Source of the DNA: a virus
Virus record (IMG/VR): IMGVR_UViG_3300035703_000049
Location: 1-64,000 of that record
Reading direction: 5' to 3' (one strand)
DNA length: 64,000 nucleotides
Numbering within the stretch: the first letter of the stretch is position 1; every line of letters begins with the position of its first letter. The position numbers were made by a program, and so were the translations under genes. The notes under the pieces are model-generated. The model saw only the letters and a list, made by a program, of their open reading frames with translations, ran no database searches and was not told where the DNA came from. Of the stretch, positions 1-9,401 are shown piece after piece.

Positions 1-26
1 AGTTAGCATATTATTAAGAGGACAAT

Positions 27-242
27 ATGGAAAAACAAGAATCTTTAAATTTAAATGATTTAAAACTAATGGCGCAACTTATTAAAGTTGTGTCTACAAG
101 AGGTGCTATTCAAGCAGAAGAAATGGCGCCAGTTGGTATGTTATACGAAAAACTAGTATCGTTTATTAAAGCAACAAGTCCTCCACAGGAAGTTGCTGAT
201 GACAAAACAAATGAAGCAACAGCTTCAACGGAAGGAAATTAA
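27..242 (+). CDS. Small hypothetical phage protein
   Basis: 71-aa ORF with a GAGG Shine-Dalgarno upstream; abuts the next gene. Confidence 0.7.
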   Translation: MEKQESLNLNDLKLMAQLIKVVSTRGAIQAEEMAPVGMLYEKLVSFIKATSPPQEVADDKTNEATASTEGN

Positions 243-243
243 T

Positions 244-894
244 ATGGCACGTTTTTTTAAGCATGTAGGCGAACACAATGGCAAGAAGGTAGTTATTATT
301 GAAAAACAAATACCTGGCGAACCGCATATGTGCGCTGTAATTTATTCAACTAATATCCCAAGCAAGTTCCATGATGATATTATGAAACTACTAGAAAGTC
401 CAGAAGGACAATCTGAAAAAGAGTTTGGTCTTATTCTAAATCGTCGTCAAGGATCTGATGGTCGTAACTTGCTACAAGCCATCGCCCAGGAAGGATTCTT
501 AAAGAAGGCACCAACTAATCAAGTTATTGTTAAGCCAAATGCATCAAGTGCTATTCGTTTAGATGAATTAAACAATCTACTACGTATGGCTGGTGAAGGT
601 GAACATGCAATTCAAAAGCTTGAACAACTCGAGCGTGAGTCTGGACTAAAGGATACACGCAAGATTGCACCACAAGGTAACAATCCTATTAATGCACCAA
701 CCACTAGCGTTGATGTAATGGATGATGCTGCACTTGCGGCAAATTATATTTCACAAAGCACTCGTATGAAAGCAGAAGCACAGTCTCTTCTAGCAGAAGC
801 ACAGCGTCTTGAAGAAGAAGCAGCAAAACTAAATCCTGCTTTAGTTAAAAAGAAAGTTTCAAAGAGTGGCAAGAATACCAAGGTCACTGCCTAA
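244..894 (+). CDS. Hypothetical phage protein with C-terminal coiled coil and basic tail
   Basis: Start revised from 193 to ATG 244 (MARFFKHVG), which follows GGAAGG and removes the overlap with the upstream gene. Confidence 0.75.
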   Translation: MARFFKHVGEHNGKKVVIIEKQIPGEPHMCAVIYSTNIPSKFHDDIMKLLESPEGQSEKEFGLILNRRQGSDGRNLLQAIAQEGFLKKAPTNQVIVKPNASSAIRLDELNNLLRMAGEGEHAIQKLEQLERESGLKDTRKIAPQGNNPINAPTTSVDVMDDAALAANYISQSTRMKAEAQSLLAEAQRLEEEAAKLNPALVKKKVSKSGKNTKVTA

Positions 895-1192
895 AGATTT
901 CGATGATGGGGAAGATTGGCAACAGTTGTTAGAAACAATTGATGCTAGCGAAGTTCCAATAGAGATGTTAAAAAGCTTAAAAGCTCATCTCAACAACGGA
1001 ACAAGTTTTATCTTCCCCATCAAAGAATGGATTGAAGCAGGCGCAGATATCGATGAGATTGATGAAGCAATTATTCGTTGGTATAAATTAAAAGACAAAG
1101 AAATTCTCGGTACTGACTTTGTAATTGATTTACAAAAAGTTAAAGAAGAAGTAATTCCCCAAACAAAGCTAACATTAAAAGATCTTAAATGA
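866..1192 (+). CDS. Hypothetical acidic protein
   Basis: 108-aa ORF coupled to dfr by an ATGA overlap. Confidence 0.7.
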   Translation: MARIPRSLPKDFDDGEDWQQLLETIDASEVPIEMLKSLKAHLNNGTSFIFPIKEWIEAGADIDEIDEAIIRWYKLKDKEILGTDFVIDLQKVKEEVIPQTKLTLKDLK

Positions 1193-1677
1193 TAAACGCA
1201 ATTTTCGCAATAGACGAAGAAGGTGGTATGGGGCTAGATGGTTCTATGCCTTGGCCAAAAAATCTAAAAGATCTAAATTGGTTTAAGGTTCATACTATAG
1301 GACACATTGTAGTAATGGGGCGAGGTACGTGGGATGCAACTGACATGCCAAGCCCACTACCTAATCGCACTAATTGGGTTGTAACTTCAACAGTTGGACC
1401 AGCATTAGATGGTGCACAAATATGGCATAAAGATCCTGTCAAGCTACTGTATAAGCTTGAACGTGAAAATCCTTCAAAGATAGTTTGGGTTATAGGCGGG
1501 GCAAAACTTTTGTCTAGCGTGGACGGCGTATTTGATAGACTATATGTTACACGTTTCTATGGCACGTATGGTTGTAATGTGAAAATTAATTTTGAAGAAT
1601 TAACTTCAGGGTATAAAAAAATATACAGCGATCAAAGTTTTGAAATGGAATTGTCGATATATGGAAAACTATCATAA
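1189..1677 (+). CDS. frd: Dihydrofolate reductase
   Basis: Motifs GGMGLDGSMPW, DLNWFK, VVMGRGTW, PLPNRTN, WVIGGA. Confidence 0.95.
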   Translation: MINAIFAIDEEGGMGLDGSMPWPKNLKDLNWFKVHTIGHIVVMGRGTWDATDMPSPLPNRTNWVVTSTVGPALDGAQIWHKDPVKLLYKLERENPSKIVWVIGGAKLLSSVDGVFDRLYVTRFYGTYGCNVKINFEELTSGYKKIYSDQSFEMELSIYGKLS

Positions 1678-2509
1678 CTTACTAACCAAAATTTTAAACG
1701 AAGGTGAGTTGCGACATGACCGCACTGGTGTTGGCACACTTAGTTTGTTTGGTGAGCAACTCAAATATGATTTATCGCAAGGGTTCCCAGCAATTACAAC
1801 TAAAAAACTTGCATGGCGTTCAGTTGTTTCAGAACTACTATGGTTCCTAGAAGGATCAAGTGATGAAAGACGTCTTGCAGAAATCTTACACGGTACGCGA
1901 GATACTGACAAGAAAACTATTTGGACTGCTAATGCAGAAGCAGATTACTGGAAACCTAAAGCGCGTTACTGGCGTGATCTTGGTCGAGTTTATGGTGTAC
2001 AATGGCGTCATTGGAAAACTCCCAAAGGTTACCAAACAGTAGATCAAGTACAAAAACTAATTGATGGGTTAAAAAATGACCCACACGGACGTAGACATAT
2101 ACTAACAGCATGGAACCCAGGTGAACTAGATCAAATGGCTCTACCACCTTGTCATATGTTTGCTCAATTCTATGTTACAAATAATAATAAATTAAGCTGT
2201 TTGATGCACCAGCGTAGCTGTGACATGTTTCTCGGTGTCCCCTTTAACATTGCGAGTTACAGCTTGCTGACGCATATACTCGCACGGGAATGCAACTTGG
2301 GAGTCGGTGAATTTATCTGGAGTGGAGGTGATTGTCATATCTACGCTAATCACGTAGATGCCGTTAGGCAACAACTGATCCGTACCACACGAGCGCTGCC
2401 GTTGTTGAGTATTCGTGAGGATCGTTCATTAGGTAATTATGAAGTTGATGACTTCACCCTAGTTGGTTACGATCCTCACGACGCTATTAAAGCAGATATG
2501 GCTGTATGA
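1661..2509 (+). CDS. thyA: Thymidylate synthase (ThyA), uninterrupted
   Basis: DRTGVGT, ELLWFL, RVYGVQWR, MALPPCH, QRSCDMFLGVPFNIASY, DCHIYANH, C-terminal IKADMAV; start revised to 1661 (MENYH). Confidence 0.97.
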   Translation: MENYHNLLTKILNEGELRHDRTGVGTLSLFGEQLKYDLSQGFPAITTKKLAWRSVVSELLWFLEGSSDERRLAEILHGTRDTDKKTIWTANAEADYWKPKARYWRDLGRVYGVQWRHWKTPKGYQTVDQVQKLIDGLKNDPHGRRHILTAWNPGELDQMALPPCHMFAQFYVTNNNKLSCLMHQRSCDMFLGVPFNIASYSLLTHILARECNLGVGEFIWSGGDCHIYANHVDAVRQQLIRTTRALPLLSIREDRSLGNYEVDDFTLVGYDPHDAIKADMAV

Positions 2510-3129
2510 AAATTACAGTAATTTCTGCTCATCCTGATGATTTAGAAGTAGCTTGTGCAGGCACGCTTAAGCGATTGCAAGATGATGGTGCACAAGTTAC
2601 TTCTATTATCACAGTTTGCCCAAGTGAAGAAATTAATCCTAAAAGAAACAAAGCAATTGTAGAACGTGAACGCAGAGAAAGTTATTACAAATCAAACTTT
2701 CGTTGCTTTATAATGAACACACAGCTACATGAGGATGGACGTCCTAATCTAATATGCGATAATCAAACGATTACAAATCTATCAACTTATCTAGAAGAAT
2801 GCGACATTGCTATTATTCCTAATCCATTAGATTCACATCAAGATCATCGCAATACGTATAACATTGCATTTCCTCTTGTTAAAAAACTAGCAAAAGAGGT
2901 ATGGTTAATGGAATCTTATCCATATTGCTTAACAACTAACTCGTTTCCAAACTTGTTTTATGATATTACTCATCAATGGCAATTTAAGAAGGAACTGCTA
3001 CAATGTTACAACAGTTACTTTACCATTGATGATATTGAAAAAATTAAAACAGTTAACAAATATCATGGACTACAAAACAATACAGATTTAGCAGAAGCGT
3101 TTACTATAGTTAAAAAGCATGTCCGATAG
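2506..3129 (+). CDS. PIG-L/LmbE-family N-acetyl-sugar deacetylase
   Basis: AHPDDLE and HQDH metal-binding motifs, terminal AEAF. Confidence 0.88.
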   Translation: MKITVISAHPDDLEVACAGTLKRLQDDGAQVTSIITVCPSEEINPKRNKAIVERERRESYYKSNFRCFIMNTQLHEDGRPNLICDNQTITNLSTYLEECDIAIIPNPLDSHQDHRNTYNIAFPLVKKLAKEVWLMESYPYCLTTNSFPNLFYDITHQWQFKKELLQCYNSYFTIDDIEKIKTVNKYHGLQNNTDLAEAFTIVKKHVR

Positions 3130-4150
3130 AATTAAACTATTTCAACTAGATCGTTTATGGAAAGAAGTTCATCTTGATTTAACTCGCCTTGCAGCCGCAG
3201 AAATGAAAAAAGGGTTTGCTCAAAAAGGTCCTTTTGTAGAAAAATTAGAAAATCGCATTGCAGAATACTTTGATAGAAAACATTGTATTACAACCGCATC
3301 ATGTACTGATGCATTGTATATAGGAGTGACCGCATTAGGTCTTCCATCACATTCTAGAATAGCAGTTAACAACTATACCTTTGTTGCTAGTGCTCATGCA
3401 ATTAGAAAAGCAGGACATATACCAGTCCCAATTGATATCGATGATCGCTATTCCATGAATATCGAACTAATAAACAATTGCGATGCTGCAATTGTTGTTG
3501 ATCTATTTGGAAATATGAGTCCTTTACCATATATACCAACTATAGTAGATGCCGCACAAAGTTTTGAAAGTATGGAAGATTGCATCACTAGTGCAAATAG
3601 AGGAAAAATTGCTTGCGTTAGCTTTTCTCCAACCAAAACTATTTCAAGTTGGGGCAGCGGCGGAGCAATATTAACAGACGATGATGACATAGCAGAAAAA
3701 TGCTATAGATTAAGGTTACACGGTAAACTTAAAAACAGCGATGATGCTATCGAAGCTGGCAGTAACAGTATGATAAGTGTTTTTGAAGCTGCTGCGATTT
3801 GGACTGGAATGAATAAAATGCATCGTTGGCGAGATCGTCGAGATTTAATTGCACGATATATAGCTAAAGAAAGCAGTTACGAGTGTGGAATCGATTTAAG
3901 TCAAGATAGACATACACATAGCAAATTAGTTTTTACATCTAAAGATGCACCTGCTATAATTAAAAAACTAAATGATGAAAATATTGAAGCGTGTTTAACG
4001 TATTCAAGACTTATAAGTGAGGAAACGTTATACAAAAATAATAACGATTATCCAAACAGTGTAAGATTAAGGAACACAACATTTACAGTTCCAAATCAAC
4101 ATACACTAACCGATGATGAAGTAGAAAGGATTGCAAAGGCATTGAAATGA
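3119..4150 (+). CDS. DegT/DnrJ/EryC1/StrS-family PLP sugar aminotransferase
   Basis: ASCTDAL, TFVASAHA, DAAQSF, SFSPTK (PLP lysine), GSGGAILTDD, RLHG. Confidence 0.92.
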   Translation: MSDRIKLFQLDRLWKEVHLDLTRLAAAEMKKGFAQKGPFVEKLENRIAEYFDRKHCITTASCTDALYIGVTALGLPSHSRIAVNNYTFVASAHAIRKAGHIPVPIDIDDRYSMNIELINNCDAAIVVDLFGNMSPLPYIPTIVDAAQSFESMEDCITSANRGKIACVSFSPTKTISSWGSGGAILTDDDDIAEKCYRLRLHGKLKNSDDAIEAGSNSMISVFEAAAIWTGMNKMHRWRDRRDLIARYIAKESSYECGIDLSQDRHTHSKLVFTSKDAPAIIKKLNDENIEACLTYSRLISEETLYKNNNDYPNSVRLRNTTFTVPNQHTLTDDEVERIAKALK

Positions 4151-5112
4151 GAATTTTAGTTTGTGGCGGACATGGATTTATTGGAAACAATATCACATAT
4201 AAACTAATGCAGCAAGGACATGATGTTGCTGTAGTGGATAATCATAATAACTACGGTGAAACCCCAAATTGGGAATACAATTCTGTTATGTCATCTAGAT
4301 TAAATCATATTGGAACTCACACTTTTTATACAGTGGACGTTACATCTGCTGTCGCGTTAGATAATATCTTTAAAAAATGTAATCCTGAAATAGTAATTTA
4401 TCTTGCAACTTACCCAAATGCACGAATGGTTAAGCGTAATGTAGTTGATGCTACGCATAATATGGTTGGTGCTGTTGCCACTACTCTTGATCTATGTGTA
4501 AAGTATAAAATTAAACGTTTTGTAATGGCAAGCAGCAGCATGGTTTATGGTGATTTTGGCGAAGCTGCCCCGGTTGAAACTATCAACTGCAACCCACTTA
4601 CGCTTTATGGTAGCTATAAGCTACAAGGCGAGCAAATGTGTAAGATATGGCACAAAGAACATGGTCTTGAATACACATTGTTAAGACCAAGTGCCATTTA
4701 CGGTGTACGTGATGTTATAGTACGTGCCATTTCTAAAATGACTGTAAACGCACTAACAACAAAAACTATTAAAGTTATTGGTGTTAACAATCGTTTGGAC
4801 TTTACGTGGGTTGAAGATGTTGCAGATGGTTTTATTACAGCAGCATTTGCACCAGAGGCAGCAAATGAAATTTACAACTGCACAAGAGGTTATGGACGAA
4901 GTTTACGAGAAGCTGCTGAATTAGTTGCACGTCGAGTACCAGCAGAAATTATCGAACTACCTGCAGATAACTTTTATCCAAATCGTGATACCCTTAACAG
5001 CGACAAGCTTAAAGCACTTGGTTGGAATCCTAGTGTTGATATTGAAGAAGGCGTCAATCGTTATTTAGATTGGTTCTTAGCTCAACCTTTTATTGATAAG
5101 TTGAAACCATAA
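4147..5112 (+). CDS. NAD-dependent nucleotide-sugar epimerase/dehydratase (extended SDR)
   Basis: GGHGFIG, ASSSMVYG, YGSYK, DFTWVED; 3' end overlaps the convergent gene by 31 bp. Confidence 0.92.
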   Translation: MRILVCGGHGFIGNNITYKLMQQGHDVAVVDNHNNYGETPNWEYNSVMSSRLNHIGTHTFYTVDVTSAVALDNIFKKCNPEIVIYLATYPNARMVKRNVVDATHNMVGAVATTLDLCVKYKIKRFVMASSSMVYGDFGEAAPVETINCNPLTLYGSYKLQGEQMCKIWHKEHGLEYTLLRPSAIYGVRDVIVRAISKMTVNALTTKTIKVIGVNNRLDFTWVEDVADGFITAAFAPEAANEIYNCTRGYGRSLREAAELVARRVPAEIIELPADNFYPNRDTLNSDKLKALGWNPSVDIEEGVNRYLDWFLAQPFIDKLKP

Positions 5113-6389
5113 AGAGAATAATAGTAATCCTCTAACCATTTCCAATCAAAACTTAATTGCAATTTATCTAAAGCGCCATTAACACTGTTATAGTAGTTGA
5201 TGGCGTCTTTTGCACCTTGTAAGCAATACTCAGCATTATCACCTTCAGCATATGTTAACCAAACATGCAATCTATGTTGTATTTCTATGTCAGTCCCTGC
5301 ATCAACTTCTTGTTTCAGTTTTAACACTTCCCTAAAAGCACTACGCCATGTTATCCAAGGATCTGTATTAAATCTAGATATACTTGCACAAATTGGTATA
5401 ACTGCATGAGCGGAACTTAATGTAAAATCAATACCTGGGTTAGTATCAAGCACTAATTGTTTATTATATAAATTGATATTCATTGCACCGTATTCTAATC
5501 CATTTAAAGGATTGCGACTATGAAAAATGTAATGCTTTGGTTCTTGCCAATAGTCTGGACTAAAATCAAACTTAAAACTAGATAATACTTCTGTTTTAGC
5601 AAATACAGCAAAGAACCATGGTGTATCGCTTAACATTGCTGCTGCTTTATAAGCAGCTTCTCGCCCAGTTATTCCATCACTGCGTTTTGCTCTTGGACAT
5701 AACGTTTTTAGATTATTCCAATTTGTTTCTGCTATTGGTTCATTATTGGAAATAAAAATAACATCGCTAAGTGTATTGTCTATTATTTGTTTCTTTTCAA
5801 GATATGGATAATCATATACTTGTTTTTGTAAGTAAGTTTTAACGTCTCTTGGCACTAAAGAAACTCTATTATCATTGCTTATTCCGTAAGCAATACGTTT
5901 ATGCCATAAATTAGGTTCAATATTTGTAGTACCGTTTAATGACAAATACAATGAGGGGAAATTAGCATTTATAATTTCTTGTGTTATATTTTCTGTAGTA
6001 GTGTTAATAACTGGCCAAGGTAATCTCTGTACACCGTTACTATGCCAATTAATATCATTATACCATTCTAATAATTCAACATTTTCCTGTTTCTTAAATT
6101 CTTTTACATTAACTAAAAATGTATCACCAAACTTTTGATTACCGCTTGCCCAACAATGTATTTGCTTTTGTTCCCACGGTGTTGGAATGTAATTAAAATC
6201 AAAGTTAGCGTAATCACAGCAACTAGAAATAAGCCAAAAGAATTCTGTACGTGATCTGTTTGAAGCACGTTTTACCATTTCTAGATGTGTAGTCATATAA
6301 CGCATAGTTTGGGCATGTGGCAGCTTCGACAATATCTGCTTAACGTTTTCATCATGTCCACCCATATCCATTATAAACACATCAAACAT
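5082..6389 (-). CDS. Two-domain glycosyltransferase-like protein (GT-A-like, degenerate DxD)
   Basis: C-terminal half aligns by eye with 16347-17258 (AKRSDGI..AYKAAA..SDT; NPLNGLEYG; WRSAFREVLKL); N-terminal half looks like a diverged copy of the same domain. Confidence 0.55.
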   Translation of the reverse strand: MFDVFIMDMGGHDENVKQILSKLPHAQTMRYMTTHLEMVKRASNRSRTEFFWLISSCCDYANFDFNYIPTPWEQKQIHCWASGNQKFGDTFLVNVKEFKKQENVELLEWYNDINWHSNGVQRLPWPVINTTTENITQEIINANFPSLYLSLNGTTNIEPNLWHKRIAYGISNDNRVSLVPRDVKTYLQKQVYDYPYLEKKQIIDNTLSDVIFISNNEPIAETNWNNLKTLCPRAKRSDGITGREAAYKAAAMLSDTPWFFAVFAKTEVLSSFKFDFSPDYWQEPKHYIFHSRNPLNGLEYGAMNINLYNKQLVLDTNPGIDFTLSSAHAVIPICASISRFNTDPWITWRSAFREVLKLKQEVDAGTDIEIQHRLHVWLTYAEGDNAEYCLQGAKDAINYYNSVNGALDKLQLSFDWKWLEDYYYSLYGFNLSIKG

Positions 6390-7542
6390 TTGAACTGTGC
6401 CTGTATCCTGGTTGCAAGAACTTTATTTGCTGCTCACGCCAATCCCAATCTGACCAATGATAGTCGTATGTTGCGCTTACATCATCTACTTCTATCTTGT
6501 ATATGTCTAAGTAATCCCCCATACGATCAATAATGTATTGGAAATCTTTAGTACCAAAGCTACCTTGCAAATCAACTTGACCAAGTGGCAAGTAGCCTAA
6601 ACTTAACTCAGCATTATTAGGTGTATATCCGTTTACACGTAACCATGTATCAAAACCATACATTTCATCACGATGCCATTGATCATGTCGTGTTACACTG
6701 CGTCCCCACTCAATGTCAAACTCACCTGAATAGTACTGTAACTCTGTAATTGCATCGCATGTAGTCTTATCTATTCTAGGTGCGCCCTCGTCTCGATATA
6801 CTTCGTAAAGTGTTTTACCAATTTGACACCAATGCATATAAACACCGCCAAATTCTCTATCGTATTGATTAATGTTAAACAACTCTCTGTCTGACGTTGT
6901 TAAGTTGTAGCGAGGTGCGCTTAACCATGTAGTAATTTGACTTGGCCGTATCCAATTTGGATCAAATGCCTTTTTACGTTGGCTTAAGCATAAGCTTTCT
7001 ACCTCATGGCATAAGTTGTTTAGTTGTCTTATTGCCCACTTAGCATCATCAGTTGCATGTTTATAATAAGGACTTAATTGCTCAACAGTACCTTGCAATA
7101 TTTCAAAGTGATTATGCAGCTTATTCATAATACCGTGCTTTAATGCAAGAGAAAGGGCTAACTCTTCTCTAATACCTTTTGCATACAATTCTTCTGTCAT
7201 CCCCATACCATATACATTGGGGAAACGAACAGCATCAGGCGTAAAGTGTTCCTCAATAACATATGGGTCTAAACCTGCATTTATCCAAGTACTTTGCACA
7301 TGCGGCATGTTTATAGCTTGTATATTACGATTAAGTTCATTACACAAATAAACTAATGTACGTGGACTATTTGGCCAACCATGCCAACAGTAATTCTTTT
7401 CTAATATGTTGCCGCTAGTTAGTAATTCCTTTAAAGCAACTATCCATTTGTGTGATAACTCGTGATCTAGTGAAAAAATGTTATAATCAATTGTATGACC
7501 TGTTCTATAGTCTCGCAATACTACTTTTACTTTAGATGGCAT
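6382..7542 (-). CDS. Hypothetical protein in radical SAM operon (His-rich helical motifs)
   Basis: 386-aa ORF overlapping both neighbours; LHNHFE, LNNLCHE, YMHWCQIGK. Confidence 0.7.
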   Translation of the reverse strand: MPSKVKVVLRDYRTGHTIDYNIFSLDHELSHKWIVALKELLTSGNILEKNYCWHGWPNSPRTLVYLCNELNRNIQAINMPHVQSTWINAGLDPYVIEEHFTPDAVRFPNVYGMGMTEELYAKGIREELALSLALKHGIMNKLHNHFEILQGTVEQLSPYYKHATDDAKWAIRQLNNLCHEVESLCLSQRKKAFDPNWIRPSQITTWLSAPRYNLTTSDRELFNINQYDREFGGVYMHWCQIGKTLYEVYRDEGAPRIDKTTCDAITELQYYSGEFDIEWGRSVTRHDQWHRDEMYGFDTWLRVNGYTPNNAELSLGYLPLGQVDLQGSFGTKDFQYIIDRMGDYLDIYKIEVDDVSATYDYHWSDWDWREQQIKFLQPGYRHSSNV

Positions 7543-8845
7543 CCCACCATTCCTTTATTTTTGGTATGAAAGATAGTGCGTCACTCATAGTGAAACTATC
7601 GCCGCGCCTTTTTTCAAGTTCTAATATTCTAGCTTTACCTTGCCATAATCCAATTATGTATTGCTCAGGCCACTGCTCTTGAAAAGTTGGTCGTTTAAGT
7701 AAATTCTCTAACGTATCAATTAATGAACCGTGTCGCTTATATCTTAGTTCTAAATCACTTATCCAATACTCAACCAGATCTGTTAGTAATGGGCGAGGCA
7801 GCGCAAGCGGACTCATAATAATGTCTGAAGTAAATGCAAACACTACTTTAGTTAGGATATCTACACTATACTGATCTGCAAACCTAACATAATCATTAAG
7901 TACCATCATACCCGGTAACGTAAGTGTTAAATCTAAACGTAATTGTCGTGGGTGTGTTACATATTTTGATCCTATACTAAGATTGTGAGAAAATACATCA
8001 AAATTTAATCCAGTACGTATGTATTCACCAACTGGACCTGTAGCATCTAAACTTGCACATACTTGCCAATCCTTAAAGTATGACAATAGTTCAAACAAAC
8101 ACACAGATTTTGAATGATCTTTGCTTATATGCTCTGTGTGCCAAACACTATGTAAGTTAGTGTTATATCGTACATAAACATTTTTACTAATACCATGTTT
8201 AACCATGTACTTCATCATTTCCCAATGCTCTGGCCAGTCCAACGGTTCTCCACCAACCCAATATATTTCCTCTATGCGTTCTTCTTTAATAGCACGCCAT
8301 AGTTCTTCAATAGCTACTGTCCGCTGAAACTGGGTAATTTGCCTTCTAACGTTTGACACAGCCCATGGATTATCTTGTTCAAAGTTTGTATTGTGTTGAC
8401 GTTCTTCGCTTTCCCATGCACTGCTTAATGGTGGCCCGCACATACGACATTTAAATGTGCATAAGTTAGATATGCGATAATCATAACTTATAGGTAATCC
8501 TTTGTGTGTGCCATCTGGTAGTGTTTGTGCAAGCAGTTGTTCACGCTTGCTACCAAACATTCCTTCAAAGTAATCTCTATATACGCTAGTGTTTAACAGC
8601 TTCTTGTTGCACACTTCACATTCAGGCAGTTCTTCACCCGCCATCATGCGTTTACGAACACTTTTCATGTGATTGCTGTTCCAATGTTCCTCTAGCGTAG
8701 TTGGACGATATTCATTCGTGCCTGCACTTGTGTCTATGTATTGTTTAAAGTTCTGTGCCGGTTCGCGACTTGCACAGCACAAACGCCTTTCAGTTTGTGG
8801 AGATAGATATGTGTGAGTCCAAGGTGCTAAACAATGCTTATTCAT
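7532..8845 (-). CDS. Radical SAM enzyme with N-terminal SPASM/twitch-like domain
   Basis: CTFKCRMC, GGEP, YNTN, YIRTG; N-terminal CLAPW..CC..CEVC. Confidence 0.9.
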   Translation of the reverse strand: MNKHCLAPWTHTYLSPQTERRLCCASREPAQNFKQYIDTSAGTNEYRPTTLEEHWNSNHMKSVRKRMMAGEELPECEVCNKKLLNTSVYRDYFEGMFGSKREQLLAQTLPDGTHKGLPISYDYRISNLCTFKCRMCGPPLSSAWESEERQHNTNFEQDNPWAVSNVRRQITQFQRTVAIEELWRAIKEERIEEIYWVGGEPLDWPEHWEMMKYMVKHGISKNVYVRYNTNLHSVWHTEHISKDHSKSVCLFELLSYFKDWQVCASLDATGPVGEYIRTGLNFDVFSHNLSIGSKYVTHPRQLRLDLTLTLPGMMVLNDYVRFADQYSVDILTKVVFAFTSDIIMSPLALPRPLLTDLVEYWISDLELRYKRHGSLIDTLENLLKRPTFQEQWPEQYIIGLWQGKARILELEKRRGDSFTMSDALSFIPKIKEWWDAI

Positions 8846-9401
8846 CTGCTATAGGAAATTCTTTATCTAAAGATATAATTTTGGCAACCCAAGTATGCCA
8901 TAACGGCGCATAGTGAGTCTTAGTTTTATTTAATGGCCATCTATCCGGATAATCTATGTAAGGATGCAAATCATAAAATGACATATGTGTTAATGATACA
9001 TTATACTTTGCACAAATATCTTTCATTTTTTGAACTTGATTCTTAAAATTTTGTAAGCACCAATTTTCATCATATTTTTCCATCAAGTTAATTCTATCTT
9101 TTGTAGTAGGAAGTATTTGTCGAAATCCATTTTGCTCTTTAAGTTCAAATCTTCTCCAATTAGGCCATAACACATAAATTTTATTTGGTTTATAGTGAGG
9201 AATGATTTCCTCACTCATTCTTACAAGTTGATCTGCGGAGGATCCTCTAATTCCTAAATTTATTAAATTTAATAATGCAGGCCATGCTTCGTGTTCCTCA
9301 ACTCCCCATCCCCATGTATGACTATCACCAATTGCAAAATTTTTATCTTCAATTGGAAATTGCCTAGTATTGTAGTTGAAAATCATATTATTAAATTCCA
9401 A
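8838..9401 (-). CDS. SGNH/GDSL-like hydrolase or acyltransferase
   Basis: AIGDSHTWG block I, NLGIRGSS block II, C-terminal His (THY). Confidence 0.7.
   Translation of the reverse strand: MEFNNMIFNYNTRQFPIEDKNFAIGDSHTWGWGVEEHEAWPALLNLINLGIRGSSADQLVRMSEEIIPHYKPNKIYVLWPNWRRFELKEQNGFRQILPTTKDRINLMEKYDENWCLQNFKNQVQKMKDICAKYNVSLTHMSFYDLHPYIDYPDRWPLNKTKTHYAPLWHTWVAKIISLDKEFPIADE

Noticed and set aside
1661-2509. Intron in thyA or a dUMP/dCMP hydroxymethylase
   Set aside because: The ORF is continuous and carries canonical ThyA motifs including PFN, next to DHFR
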